A stretch of DNA of 64,000 nucleotides from Candidatus Zixiibacteriota bacterium (GTDB lineage Bacteria; Zixibacteria; MSB-5A5; GN15; PGXB01). Below the pieces are notes generated by a model. That model worked only from the letters and a program-made list of their open reading frames with translations. It was not told where the DNA came from and did not search any database. Made by a program: the position numbers and the translations under genes. Positions 27,329 through 36,524 of the stretch are shown in pieces. The stretch spans positions 4,168 through 68,167 of the forward strand of contig JAQBFG010000068.1 in NCBI GenBank assembly GCA_032123495.1, given 5' to 3'. Each line of letters opens with the position of its first letter. Position 1 is the first letter of the stretch.

Positions 27329-28027
27329 TTACTTTCGGCCAAGAATATAAAGAACAGATTCCGGGCTGTAACTCAACGCTTTCAAGATATTTTGTAATTT
27401 TTCGCCCTCTGATATTAAATCATCCTGTCCGCCAATCTCCTTTAATTTCTCCAACGAATCAGAGATATTTGCCAGCATAAATTTCAACGAATCAGGATCA
27501 GAATCGTTTTCAAGATGTTCAAAAATCTCATATTCGTTCAGCTCAAGTTTTTCCACATGGTTTAAGATCTCATCTTTGGTCAGCGTTTCATTATGCGGTT
27601 CGCCATTTAACCGATCTACTTCGGCCCGCCAATGATGCCAGTGGCGGTGAGAATTTGGCAGTTCGGTTTTTGGATCCTGAAACATTTCGCCCAGAATAAA
27701 CAGACCACCCGGCTTCAAAACTCTTTTCATCTCAGACAGTACTTTGTCGATCTCGTTGAGGTGATGCATTGAATGACGCATCGCGACGGTGTCAAAATAA
27801 TTATCCTCAAAAGCAAGCTTCTCGGCATTCATTGGATTATATAATATTTCATTGCCCGGTCTTTCCTGCGCCTCTTTGAGCCTTTCCTCGGACATATCGA
27901 CACCAATAGCTTCAACATAATTTTCAAATGTATCGGTTAAATACCGAATAAAATCTCCATACGCGGTGGCAACATCAAGAATCCTGCCGCCCTCAATATT
28001 TTTTAGCTTTTCATCCAATATGTTCAT
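27329..28027 (-). CDS. Class I SAM-dependent methyltransferase (Methyltransf_11-like) with a C-terminal helical extension
   Basis: 232 aa. It has motif I ILDVATAYGDF, then FDTVAMRHSMHHL and LKPGGLFIL. No DNA-methyltransferase motifs (DPPY/NPPY or PC-ENV) were seen. Confidence 0.72.
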   Translation of the reverse strand: MNILDEKLKNIEGGRILDVATAYGDFIRYLTDTFENYVEAIGVDMSEERLKEAQERPGNEILYNPMNAEKLAFEDNYFDTVAMRHSMHHLNEIDKVLSEMKRVLKPGGLFILGEMFQDPKTELPNSHRHWHHWRAEVDRLNGEPHNETLTKDEILNHVEKLELNEYEIFEHLENDSDPDSLKFMLANISDSLEKLKEIGGQDDLISEGEKLQNILKALSYSPESVLYILGRK

Positions 28028-28035
28028 AGTACCAT

Positions 28036-29247
28036 CTATTGTTTTATTTTATAATTTGTACGAATGATATCAGACCTTTTTTTCCTGACAAACTGGCTTA
28101 GTTGTTCGGTCAGATTTTCATCCAACTTTTCTTTAGCATAAAGTTCTTTGAATAAAATATTCGTTTCGAGCTTAAAGCATTCATCAAGACCGGCCGCACG
28201 GGCTATCTGTGATAATCTCATAAACGCCTTATTATCCTCGGTTTTGGTCGGGAAACCATCTTTTTCAGTTGATGTTATCTTAATAAATCCGGAATCGCTG
28301 TCGAGCCTGACCATATCAGTTTTATCACAGTAGCCGATTATATCTTCTTTGAGTGCATTCAGTTCCGATTCGATTTTTTTCTTCTCCTCATTGAGTAGCA
28401 AATACTTTTCGGCCAGCTCTTTCCCCGTCTCGGGGTTTAAGACATCGGATGCTTCATCTTCAATCGCCCGCCGATGCCTTTTGGCCGGGCAAAGTTCGAA
28501 ATAGGGACAATAGTCGCAGAGCGCTGATTCTTTGACCGGGAAATCATTATCGCGTGCCGCCTGCTCGATCTCTAAGATCAAATTAATACTGTCCTGCTTG
28601 AGCATATCGAGCTTGTCCTGATCCATCACCGTTGTCATCGCGATTCCCTGCCGCAGATATATCTGTTTCAATTCGATCTTATCAAACTGCGGCCAGAGGA
28701 AATTGACCGCATGCTGATAAAGACCCATCTGAAGATTATTATCCAGATCCTGCTGAGTCGGTAGTCTTGCCTGCGTTTTATAATCAACAATTTCAACCAC
28801 ACCATCTTTGCGCTGCACCAATTTGTCAAGTTTGGCCCGCATCATAAACCGATTGGCCGAATCAAGCGGGAAGCTGGCATTTTTTTCCAACCCGATAATC
28901 TCGCCCTCATCAAATGGATGGTACATCTTATAATATTTTGCCAGCGCTTTAGCACCGGTATTAATAAAATCATCGATCCCCATATACTCTTTGGTCACTT
29001 TTATCCGGTCGCGATCCGATCCTTCCCACTCCTTGTGGTAATCGGCCAACATCTCTTCTTCCGGTTGGATCCGTCCGTTAACTTTAAATTTATACAGTTT
29101 TTCAAGAGCACGATGCACCGCCGACCCAAGAAACATCTCAACACTTACCGGTTTTTCAACGGTAGCTTTTTCAATATGATTAAATTTATACTGACGGGGA
29201 CAATTCTGGAACTGGCCTATTTTTGAATAGCTATAACTTCTTATCAC
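28036..29247 (-). CDS. PD-(D/E)XK nuclease family protein, Cas4/AddB-like with a four-Cys Fe-S cluster signature
   Basis: 403 aa with a GTG start preceded by GGAGGA. Motifs: YSYSKIGQFQNCPRQYKFNHI (Cys1), GSAVHRALE, DKLVQRKDGVVEIVDYKT (D...E-x-K), QMGLYQHA, CDYCPYFELC (Cys2-4). About 130 aa of extra coiled-coil-like C-terminus follow. Confidence 0.75.
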   Translation of the reverse strand: MIRSYSYSKIGQFQNCPRQYKFNHIEKATVEKPVSVEMFLGSAVHRALEKLYKFKVNGRIQPEEEMLADYHKEWEGSDRDRIKVTKEYMGIDDFINTGAKALAKYYKMYHPFDEGEIIGLEKNASFPLDSANRFMMRAKLDKLVQRKDGVVEIVDYKTQARLPTQQDLDNNLQMGLYQHAVNFLWPQFDKIELKQIYLRQGIAMTTVMDQDKLDMLKQDSINLILEIEQAARDNDFPVKESALCDYCPYFELCPAKRHRRAIEDEASDVLNPETGKELAEKYLLLNEEKKKIESELNALKEDIIGYCDKTDMVRLDSDSGFIKITSTEKDGFPTKTEDNKAFMRLSQIARAAGLDECFKLETNILFKELYAKEKLDENLTEQLSQFVRKKRSDIIRTNYKIKQ

Positions 29248-29285
29248 AATTCCTCCAATGTTAACTTGGAATATAATGATAAACC

Positions 29286-29315
29286 AATATACCGTAAATC
29301 ACATTGTAAAATCAA
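29286..29315 (-). promoter_or_regulatory. Sigma70-like promoter candidate for the nuclease-methyltransferase pair
   Basis: On the - strand: TTGATT (29315-29310), an 18-nt spacer, then TATATT (29291-29286). It lies directly downstream of the OMP-gene terminator and about 39 nt before the GTG. Confidence 0.35.
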
Positions 29316-29322
29316 CTCATAA

Positions 29323-29348
29323 TAAAAAACGCCCGTCGAAACGGGCGT
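29323..29348 (-). terminator. Rho-independent terminator after the OMP gene
   Basis: ACGCCCGT-CGAA-ACGGGCGT (8-bp stem), preceded on the + strand by AAAAAA, which is a U-tract on the - strand. Confidence 0.65.
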
Positions 29349-29373
29349 TAAAATTCAAATTTGTCTTATTTCT

Positions 29374-29919
29374 TTAGAATCCAAGCATAACGCCAACCGT
29401 AAGAGTAAAATATCTCCTGTTGCCAACGCTAAAATTTGTCCAATAATGACGGTATTCGCCATAAACAGCTATCGGTGCAGCTGGCGGAGCAATTTTAACA
29501 CCGCCGATAATATGAAATCCGCTTCCATTAATGGCTCCACCTGCGGTAACACCCATAGCGCTTACGGTAGTGCCAAGAGAGTGAAACCCATAACCAAAAC
29601 CGGCATACGGTTTCAAAAGTGAGAAATCAAACGGTTTGACGACAGAGGCGTTGAGAGTCAAAAAGTGAAGCGTCCCTTCGGCCGGAATAGCCCCGCCGGC
29701 CTGATACTTTTTCCATGAATATTCGATGCTTCCGATTACATCAACCACAGGTAATGCGGAAAACCTGTAGTCGGCTCCAATCAATGTCATACCTTCGTTG
29801 TAGGTATCATCGCTGGCATCTTTTGAAAAACCAAACTTGGCGCCAATACCTGCCGAAACCATCGTTGGGATTACAAATATAAGGACAATCAACAGAAACA
29901 GTTTATTACAATTTTTCAT
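29374..29919 (-). CDS. Small outer-membrane beta-barrel protein (OmpW/OmpA_membrane-like)
   Basis: 181 aa with a signal peptide and alternating hydrophobic beta-strand pattern. It is rich in aromatic G-Y-G motifs and ends in ...VMLGF. Confidence 0.6.
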   Translation of the reverse strand: MKNCNKLFLLIVLIFVIPTMVSAGIGAKFGFSKDASDDTYNEGMTLIGADYRFSALPVVDVIGSIEYSWKKYQAGGAIPAEGTLHFLTLNASVVKPFDFSLLKPYAGFGYGFHSLGTTVSAMGVTAGGAINGSGFHIIGGVKIAPPAAPIAVYGEYRHYWTNFSVGNRRYFTLTVGVMLGF

Positions 29920-29977
29920 CTTTCTCCTCCTTAAGAGTATAATCGGCTATCCTTGCCGATTATTAACAGGAATAAGG

Positions 29978-30835
29978 CTAACGGCCCTGATCGGCGCGAC
30001 GGTTTTTCTTCTCCTGCTCAACATTATTCCGAATATCGGTGATAATAGAATTTAGTCTTTGAACTTCGGCCCGAGCCGCCTGGTCAAAATCATCATTATT
30101 ATTGGAGGCGTACAAGATAGATCTGGAGACATTTATCAAAGCCAATTTTTTGAAATCATCGGTGCCGGCTCGTGCGGCAATTTCGAGATTGCCTCCCTGC
30201 TCGCCAACACCCGGAATAAGGATCGGGCAATCTCCCGCCGCCTTACGAATATCGGCCAACTGTTCGGGATGAGTTGCTCCAACGACTAGTCCAAGATTCT
30301 GTTCTTTATCCCAGTAGGCGACTTTTTCGGCGACATACATATAGATAGGTTTGTTGACCACATGCATAAACTGGAATTCACGGCTCCCCGGATTTGAGGT
30401 CAGACAAAGAACAAAAGCACCCTTACCCTGATAATCTAAAAACGGCCGGATAGCATCGTAACCCATATATGGATTCACTGTCACCCAATCAGCCTTATAC
30501 CGTTCAAAAACGGCAGCAGCATAATGCGCCGCAGTATTACCGATATCACCCATTTTGGCATCAAGTATAACTCTGACATCATCAGGTATTTTTTTGACAA
30601 TTTTTTCCAATAAAGACATCCCCTCCGGACCCAGTTCCATAAAAAAAGCGAGGTTCGGTTTATAGGCGGCGACAATGTCACAGGTTGATTCTATTATCCT
30701 GACAGCATAATCGTACATCCCCTTTATGCTCGATGAATAATCTGACGGTATTCTTTTTTTGTCGAGATCAAGCCCGACACATATCATTGAATTGTTTTTT
30801 TCCTGTATATCTTTTAGTTCGCTGACAGCGCTCAT
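29978..30835 (-). CDS. pyrF: Orotidine 5'-phosphate decarboxylase, type 2
   Basis: 285 aa. VGLDLDKKRIP, KPNLAFF, ILDAKMGDIGNTAAHYA, LIPGVGEQGG. Confidence 0.85.
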   Translation of the reverse strand: MSAVSELKDIQEKNNSMICVGLDLDKKRIPSDYSSSIKGMYDYAVRIIESTCDIVAAYKPNLAFFMELGPEGMSLLEKIVKKIPDDVRVILDAKMGDIGNTAAHYAAAVFERYKADWVTVNPYMGYDAIRPFLDYQGKGAFVLCLTSNPGSREFQFMHVVNKPIYMYVAEKVAYWDKEQNLGLVVGATHPEQLADIRKAAGDCPILIPGVGEQGGNLEIAARAGTDDFKKLALINVSRSILYASNNNDDFDQAARAEVQRLNSIITDIRNNVEQEKKNRRADQGR

Positions 30836-31749
30836 TTATATATCCTCACCTTACCGGTTAATTCTCTTATAGATTTTATTTTATTTTTTGATAAATATTT
30901 TTTTAGTTCTTTTACAATTTTGACCGGGGCATCCGGCTCAACAAACAGTGTCGTTCCGATCTGTACTGCCGATGCTCCACAGAGGAAAAATTCAATCACA
31001 TCTGAGTAATTCGAAATGCCGCCGATTCCGATAATCGGAATTTTAACTGCCTTGTATACTTTATAGACACAAGCCAACGCAACCGGTTTCACCGCCGGGC
31101 CGGAAAGTCCTCCGGTATTATTGGTCAGTCGGGGACGAAAAGTATCGATATCAACCGCCATCCCAACCAGGGTATTAATCAACGAGACCGCATCGGCGCC
31201 GCCGCTTTCACAGGCGGAGGCAATATCGGCAATATGAGTAACATTTGGCGAAAGTTTTGCAATAACCGGACGGGAGAATACCTTTTTTACTTTTGAAACC
31301 GTTTCTTCGGCAAGTTTGGCATCGGTGGCGATTTCCATTCCGACATCGACATTGGGGCATGAAAAATTAAGTTCAACCATATCTGCCCGGGGAAAATCAT
31401 TCAGTCGGGCGCAAAGACTGACAAAATCATTAGTACAGGTACCGGCAACGTTGACAACTACCCGGGTATCAAATTTTTCAAGATAAATCAGTTTCTCTTC
31501 GATAAATTTATCGACACCGACATTCGCCAGTCCAATCGCATTTAGCATTCCGGAGCTCGCCTCGGCAGTTCGCGGCGACGGGTGACCATCGCGTGGTTTC
31601 ATCGTGATCGTCTTGGTTACGATCCCGCCCAAATGTGACAGATCAAATATCTCTGCCAGCTCTTCACCATACCCGCAAGTCCCCGAAGCAGTCAAAATCG
31701 GATTTTTAAAAGAGAGTCCGGCTATTTCAACCGAAAGATCGGGTATCAT
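30832..31749 (-). CDS. pyrD: Dihydroorotate dehydrogenase, class 1B catalytic subunit
   Basis: 305 aa. FKNPILTASGTCGYGEE, LNFSCPNV, GGLSGPAVKPVAL, IGIGGI. ATGA overlaps are present at both ends. Confidence 0.9.
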   Translation of the reverse strand: MIPDLSVEIAGLSFKNPILTASGTCGYGEELAEIFDLSHLGGIVTKTITMKPRDGHPSPRTAEASSGMLNAIGLANVGVDKFIEEKLIYLEKFDTRVVVNVAGTCTNDFVSLCARLNDFPRADMVELNFSCPNVDVGMEIATDAKLAEETVSKVKKVFSRPVIAKLSPNVTHIADIASACESGGADAVSLINTLVGMAVDIDTFRPRLTNNTGGLSGPAVKPVALACVYKVYKAVKIPIIGIGGISNYSDVIEFFLCGASAVQIGTTLFVEPDAPVKIVKELKKYLSKNKIKSIRELTGKVRIYK

Positions 31750-32537
31750 AAAATTATCTCCCCTATCTCAAAAATCGGCCCTTCCTTGCAAACTCTGGTA
31801 TATCCGCCTGATTTCAAAGGTTTTATACAACCAAGACAGATACCGACTCCACAAGGCATCGGCGCTTCCAAAGAAATTTGTCCCGGGATATTATATTTTT
31901 GGGCCAGTTGATCAATCGCCTTTAACATCCCTTCCGGACCACATGAGTATAGAACTTTGTTGCCTTTATTTTCCAAAAGCCATTTTTCGACTGACGAAGT
32001 AACTAATCCTTTCATACCTACTGAGCCATCTTCAGTAACCAGGATTGAATTCAGTCCGAGCTTTTTTAATCTGGTCAGTTCTATCAGATCAGATCGTCCA
32101 CGGCCACCATAAAAGAAGAACAGCTTTTTGGGATCAAAACCGTTCTCAATAAGATAACGGGCAAAAAAGTAAATAGGCGGAAAACCGACTCCACCAGCAA
32201 TCAATCCGACTAATTCGTTTCTTTTTGGTTTTCTGAAACTGCTGCCTAACGGTCCCAAAAGACTTAGCCTGTCCCCTTTTTTTAACGATGCCATTGCCGC
32301 AGTTCCGCGTCCAAAGACTTTGAAAAGTATTTCAAGAGATTTTTCCTCGGTATTAGCAGAATATACTGAAAAGGCTCGTCTGAAAAATAGATTACAATTG
32401 GGAACCTGTAAGTGAACAAATTGACCCGGACGAATTGATTTCGTTTTGGAAAATGGAGCGACCGTTATCGTAAAACAGTCCGGCGTCAGTTTATTCTTTT
32501 TTACTATCGAGACATCCTCAACAACAATTTTGCTCAT
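31746..32537 (-). CDS. pyrK: Dihydroorotate dehydrogenase electron-transfer subunit
   Basis: 263 aa with an FNR-like fold (RRAFSVYS, GPLGSSF, IAGGVGFPP) and a C-terminal 2Fe-2S motif MPCGVGICLGC...C. Confidence 0.85.
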   Translation of the reverse strand: MSKIVVEDVSIVKKNKLTPDCFTITVAPFSKTKSIRPGQFVHLQVPNCNLFFRRAFSVYSANTEEKSLEILFKVFGRGTAAMASLKKGDRLSLLGPLGSSFRKPKRNELVGLIAGGVGFPPIYFFARYLIENGFDPKKLFFFYGGRGRSDLIELTRLKKLGLNSILVTEDGSVGMKGLVTSSVEKWLLENKGNKVLYSCGPEGMLKAIDQLAQKYNIPGQISLEAPMPCGVGICLGCIKPLKSGGYTRVCKEGPIFEIGEIIL

Positions 32538-34678
32538 CTAATTCCCTCGGGGCGATCAACCTGATATTTAAAAACAAACCAGGCTCCATACTCTTCAGGT
32601 TCCATCCAGCCGGTATCAAACCGCATCGCTTTGACCGTCTCTTCGGCCTCCTTATTTAATTCCGGCGACTCGGTTGGATTCATTAACCGCAGATCGTCAA
32701 GTTCACCAAAGGCATTAATTTTAACCTGAAAATACAAAATGCCATAGAAATTTGTTATATATGCCGATGGCGGATATCGAAACTCGTGATCTTTTCGGAT
32801 CGGCCCTTCCTTGGTCTCCCAAATTGTATTTCCATCGGGATCAGTAAAATTCCTGTCTTCCTGATATGTTACCTGATCATCCAAAGGTGAAATGGCAGTC
32901 GGCGAGTCACCGGTATCAGTTGTATCTCCATTTGCGTATTCATCATAAGGTTGCTCGTCCAAAATCCGTTCAACCGGCTGTTTTATTTTGCCTTCCTGCA
33001 TCAACAATTTTTGATCAGCCTCTTTACCATAAATTGTACTGGGAAAGGAATCGACAAAGTCCACGTAAGCGTAATAAATCGATGAATCGCCGGTGTTGGC
33101 GAATTCTTCATTAATCCAGATCGAGGAGTATCTTGCCTTGACATTCAAATTGGATTCGGGGAAACTGTCGGCAATAAGGTTGAAATAATATCTTGCCGAG
33201 TCGATATTGTTTTCGTCAAAAACAAATTTTTCGGCCTTATGATAATAATATCTGGCGTAGCCAGTATCGACCGCCGTCCCCGATAATCCCAACAGATCAA
33301 TTGCCTCCGGTGCATAATCGGAACGAATATAATCGGCCAACACTATTCGGAGCGTTGAATCAAAAGCGAGAGTGTCATTGTAAAAATCGCGCTTGAGAGT
33401 CGCCATTGCTATCAATGCTTTCGGGGCAAGATATGACTCCGGGAAATTCTTTATTATATATTCAAACTCCTGATAGGCTGAGTCCGGTTTATCGAGTTGG
33501 AAAAAATAGAGTTCGGCCAGAAGGTATTGAGTAACGGCAGCATTATTAATATCTTCTTGAGTTGATGATGTATCCAAAATATTTCTTTTCAGAAACTGCT
33601 CCAGTTTGCCAATATCCGATGATCGCTGCAGGGCATCCTTAGTTATACTCTGATCGGCTTTGCGGCTCTTGGCCTTGTCATAATAACTTTTAGCCTTTTT
33701 GTAATCCTCATAATCGAATTGATAAATAAGCCCGAGATTATAATTGGCCGTCGCTCCGGCAGCATTATCAGAGCTCTCGATTGCCACTTCCTGATAGATC
33801 CCCTCAGCCAGTAAAACGTCACCATCCAATTCATGGCCCAGAGCAAGTTGAAGTTTCACTTGTCCCAGCGAATCAAAGTAGTCAGGGTCATCGGCTAACT
33901 GGTGGAAGTATTCTGTTCCCTGTTCAATACGATTAAGAAAATAACTACACTCGCCGGCCCGAAAAATAGCCTTATACTTGTCATTTAATTCCGGTTCCAA
34001 TTCAAGTATTTTCAAATAACTATCAAGAGCATCTTTAAATTTGAATCTGGTGTAATAGCCATCAGCGATATAGCTTTGGGCCATAAGTTTCTCATTTCCC
34101 TCACCAAGTGAATCAACTATTGATTCAAAAAAGTTTCGCGACTTTTCATAATCCTTGTTTTCATAGTAATATTCTCCAAGCGACATGGCCGCATCACCCT
34201 TAATCGCTTTATCTTCACTTTCCTCAAACATCTTTTCAAAAAGTAACATCGCTTCAGCTTCATCGCCCAATTTTAATTTTGTTTTGGCGAGATACACACG
34301 GATTTCTTTATTCTGCTCAAATTCAGGGAATTCGGCCAAAAGCTCCCGGAATCGTTTTTCGGCAGTACTAAAATTATCTGTGTAATAATGAGAGATTCCG
34401 TTCACATACAAGGCGTCATCATACCATTTGGAATGGGGATATTTCTCAAGAACCTTGCCAGATTTTTCTATCGCCTTATTATATGACGCTTTATTGATAA
34501 CTGGCCTGCTCCCCTTACTTGCTTTTCTTTTTGATTCGGCTTCATTAAAAGATTTACGGGCAAGATAGAAAGTATTATAATAAACGCATCCGGAACCAAG
34601 AACCAAAAAAACCAGCAGTAACTGGATCGCAATTATTTTGTTAAACCGATTCATAACTGTAATTTTGAATATATCCAT
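32534..34678 (-). CDS. TPR-repeat lipoprotein with a C-terminal TonB_C-like domain
   Basis: 714 aa with the lipobox LVLGSGC and many TPR-like helices. The last ~80 aa (FRYPPSAYITNFYGILYFQVKINAFGELDDLRLMNPTESPELNKEAEETVKAMRFD) fit the TonB C-terminal pattern. The start could alternatively be M9 (34654). Confidence 0.6.
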   Translation of the reverse strand: MDIFKITVMNRFNKIIAIQLLLVFLVLGSGCVYYNTFYLARKSFNEAESKRKASKGSRPVINKASYNKAIEKSGKVLEKYPHSKWYDDALYVNGISHYYTDNFSTAEKRFRELLAEFPEFEQNKEIRVYLAKTKLKLGDEAEAMLLFEKMFEESEDKAIKGDAAMSLGEYYYENKDYEKSRNFFESIVDSLGEGNEKLMAQSYIADGYYTRFKFKDALDSYLKILELEPELNDKYKAIFRAGECSYFLNRIEQGTEYFHQLADDPDYFDSLGQVKLQLALGHELDGDVLLAEGIYQEVAIESSDNAAGATANYNLGLIYQFDYEDYKKAKSYYDKAKSRKADQSITKDALQRSSDIGKLEQFLKRNILDTSSTQEDINNAAVTQYLLAELYFFQLDKPDSAYQEFEYIIKNFPESYLAPKALIAMATLKRDFYNDTLAFDSTLRIVLADYIRSDYAPEAIDLLGLSGTAVDTGYARYYYHKAEKFVFDENNIDSARYYFNLIADSFPESNLNVKARYSSIWINEEFANTGDSSIYYAYVDFVDSFPSTIYGKEADQKLLMQEGKIKQPVERILDEQPYDEYANGDTTDTGDSPTAISPLDDQVTYQEDRNFTDPDGNTIWETKEGPIRKDHEFRYPPSAYITNFYGILYFQVKINAFGELDDLRLMNPTESPELNKEAEETVKAMRFDTGWMEPEEYGAWFVFKYQVDRPEGIR

Positions 34679-35561
34679 TTTTTAAGCCTGCATCATAAAA
34701 GGCATCTGTTGCCTGTTGAAATTCCTCGGTGCTCAAACGCCTGTTAATTATTTTGTCATCAACCGCCTTATAAGCCGGAAAATACTGACTCATCAGCGAA
34801 ACATATATCTCGTCTGAGACTTCGTTGGCCAGGAAATTAAATATCCCTTCAGATCCGGAAAGCAAACCCGGCAAAACCAGATGTCTGACTATTATACCTG
34901 ATTCGGCCCGACCGTTTTCATTAAATTTCAAATTCCCTACCTGATTAAACATCTCTTTTATAGCTGATCTATTAGTCGTCACATAATTTTCACAGCCGGA
35001 ATATTTTTTGGCGATCTTATCATCGTTATATCGCATATCCACAAGATACACATCTATTATACCATTTAGATATCTTAAAACCTCAACTTTTGCATATCCA
35101 GAGCAATTATATACAATCGGGAGATCAACTCCATCGAGTTTGGCCCGACCCAGTGCCTTGAGAATCATCGGAATCATATGATCCGGTGTTACAAAATTTA
35201 TATTCTCCGCTCCGCGTTTTTGAAGATCCAGCATCATTTCGGCAAGTTCATCATCAGAAACAACAGAACCATTGCCAAACTGAGATATCGGGTAGTTCTG
35301 GCAGTATTTACAGGAAAGTGAGCAGTTTGACAAAAATATCGTCCCGGAACCTCCGCCGCATGATATCGGCGGCTCCTCGCCAAAATGCAGATTAAAACTG
35401 GCAACAGATGCTTTGTTTCCGGAATGGCACTCACCTAACTCACCTTCGAGACGGTTAACCCGGCACTCCATCGGGCAAAGCTGGCAATCGGACATCGAAT
35501 TATATAATTTCTCACCGATTTCAATAATTTTATCCGGGGTGACTTTGTTTCGATTGCTCAC
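34641..35561 (-). CDS. Radical SAM protein, PflX (COG1313)-like activase family
   Basis: 306 aa with a GTG start. It has the N-terminal CQLCPMECRVNRLEGELGEC cluster and the radical-SAM CSLSCKYCQN (CxxxCxxC). Confidence 0.75.
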   Translation of the reverse strand: MSNRNKVTPDKIIEIGEKLYNSMSDCQLCPMECRVNRLEGELGECHSGNKASVASFNLHFGEEPPISCGGGSGTIFLSNCSLSCKYCQNYPISQFGNGSVVSDDELAEMMLDLQKRGAENINFVTPDHMIPMILKALGRAKLDGVDLPIVYNCSGYAKVEVLRYLNGIIDVYLVDMRYNDDKIAKKYSGCENYVTTNRSAIKEMFNQVGNLKFNENGRAESGIIVRHLVLPGLLSGSEGIFNFLANEVSDEIYVSLMSQYFPAYKAVDDKIINRRLSTEEFQQATDAFYDAGLKNGYIQNYSYESV

Positions 35562-36310
35562 TTTGAATCTTCTCTCAATTCTATAATTTGTTCAACGATC
35601 TCCGGCATAATCTCACCGGCCGGACCATGAATCGCATAGTCGGCGTAATCTGATAGTGGGGTCGGGTCAAGATTGACCTCAACCAAATATGCTCCGTACT
35701 GTTTGGCCGTAACCGGTAGCGAGGCCGCCGGATGAACCAGCGCTGAGGTTCCAATCGAGAAAAACAGTTCGGCCCGTTCTGAAGCGGCAAAGGCCTTATT
35801 TATGACATCGGCCGGAAGCATCTCACCAAACCAGACAACATCGGGTCTTATTTTGCCGCCGCACTGGCATTGTGGCAATTCGCCGTCGTCAATATTTATT
35901 TCGCCGTCATACGGCCGTGAGCAATCAAGGCATTTGTTAAGTGAGATATTCCCATGAACTTCATAGATATTTTTTGAACCGGCCATTCTATGCAATCCAT
36001 CGACATTCTGGGTTATCAGGGAAAAATCGTCGTATAAACTTTCCATATCGACCAACGCGTGATGAGCCGGATTGGGGCCGACCTCACTCATTATCTGCCG
36101 TCGCCATAAATACCATTCCCAGACCAGTTTTGGATTGCTCATAAAGGCATCGACTGTCGCTAATTCTTCCGGTTTGAATTTATTCCAGATACCATCTTCG
36201 CCCCTGAATGTCGGCACCCCCGATTCGGCCGAGATACCGGCGCCGGTTAAAATCGCCACTTTTTTGGCATTCCTGAGAACACCTTTGAAATCATCCGGAA
36301 ATTCAATCAT
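35558..36310 (-). CDS. cobB: NAD-dependent protein deacylase (sirtuin, CobB/Sir2 family)
   Basis: 250 aa. GAGISAESGVPTFRGEDGIW, QNVDGLH, HGN, Zn ribbon CLDC...CQCGG, GTSALVHPAA. Confidence 0.85.
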   Translation of the reverse strand: MIEFPDDFKGVLRNAKKVAILTGAGISAESGVPTFRGEDGIWNKFKPEELATVDAFMSNPKLVWEWYLWRRQIMSEVGPNPAHHALVDMESLYDDFSLITQNVDGLHRMAGSKNIYEVHGNISLNKCLDCSRPYDGEINIDDGELPQCQCGGKIRPDVVWFGEMLPADVINKAFAASERAELFFSIGTSALVHPAASLPVTAKQYGAYLVEVNLDPTPLSDYADYAIHGPAGEIMPEIVEQIIELREDSK

Positions 36311-36524
36311 ATTGGCAAATAAGATACAAAATTTCAGCGGTCAGGGAAAGAGGGAATTTATAAATTGATTCTATTGAAATATATTTGTATCAAACTATTA
36401 ACGAAATAAACTGGTATATATTGACTCGAAAAACAAAATATCTTATCTTAAATATTCAATAGATAATAGCATCAATGACCCAAATTATGAAGAAGGTAGA
36501 AGACTATTTGTATAGGAGAATCAG

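Noticed and set aside
35558-36310. The Sir2-domain protein as a defence effector (Thoeris ThsA, DSR or SIR2-HerA type)
   Set aside because: It is a 250-aa canonical sirtuin with the complete NAD pocket motifs and Zn ribbon. It lacks SLOG, HerA or pAgo partners and is embedded in a metabolic operon.
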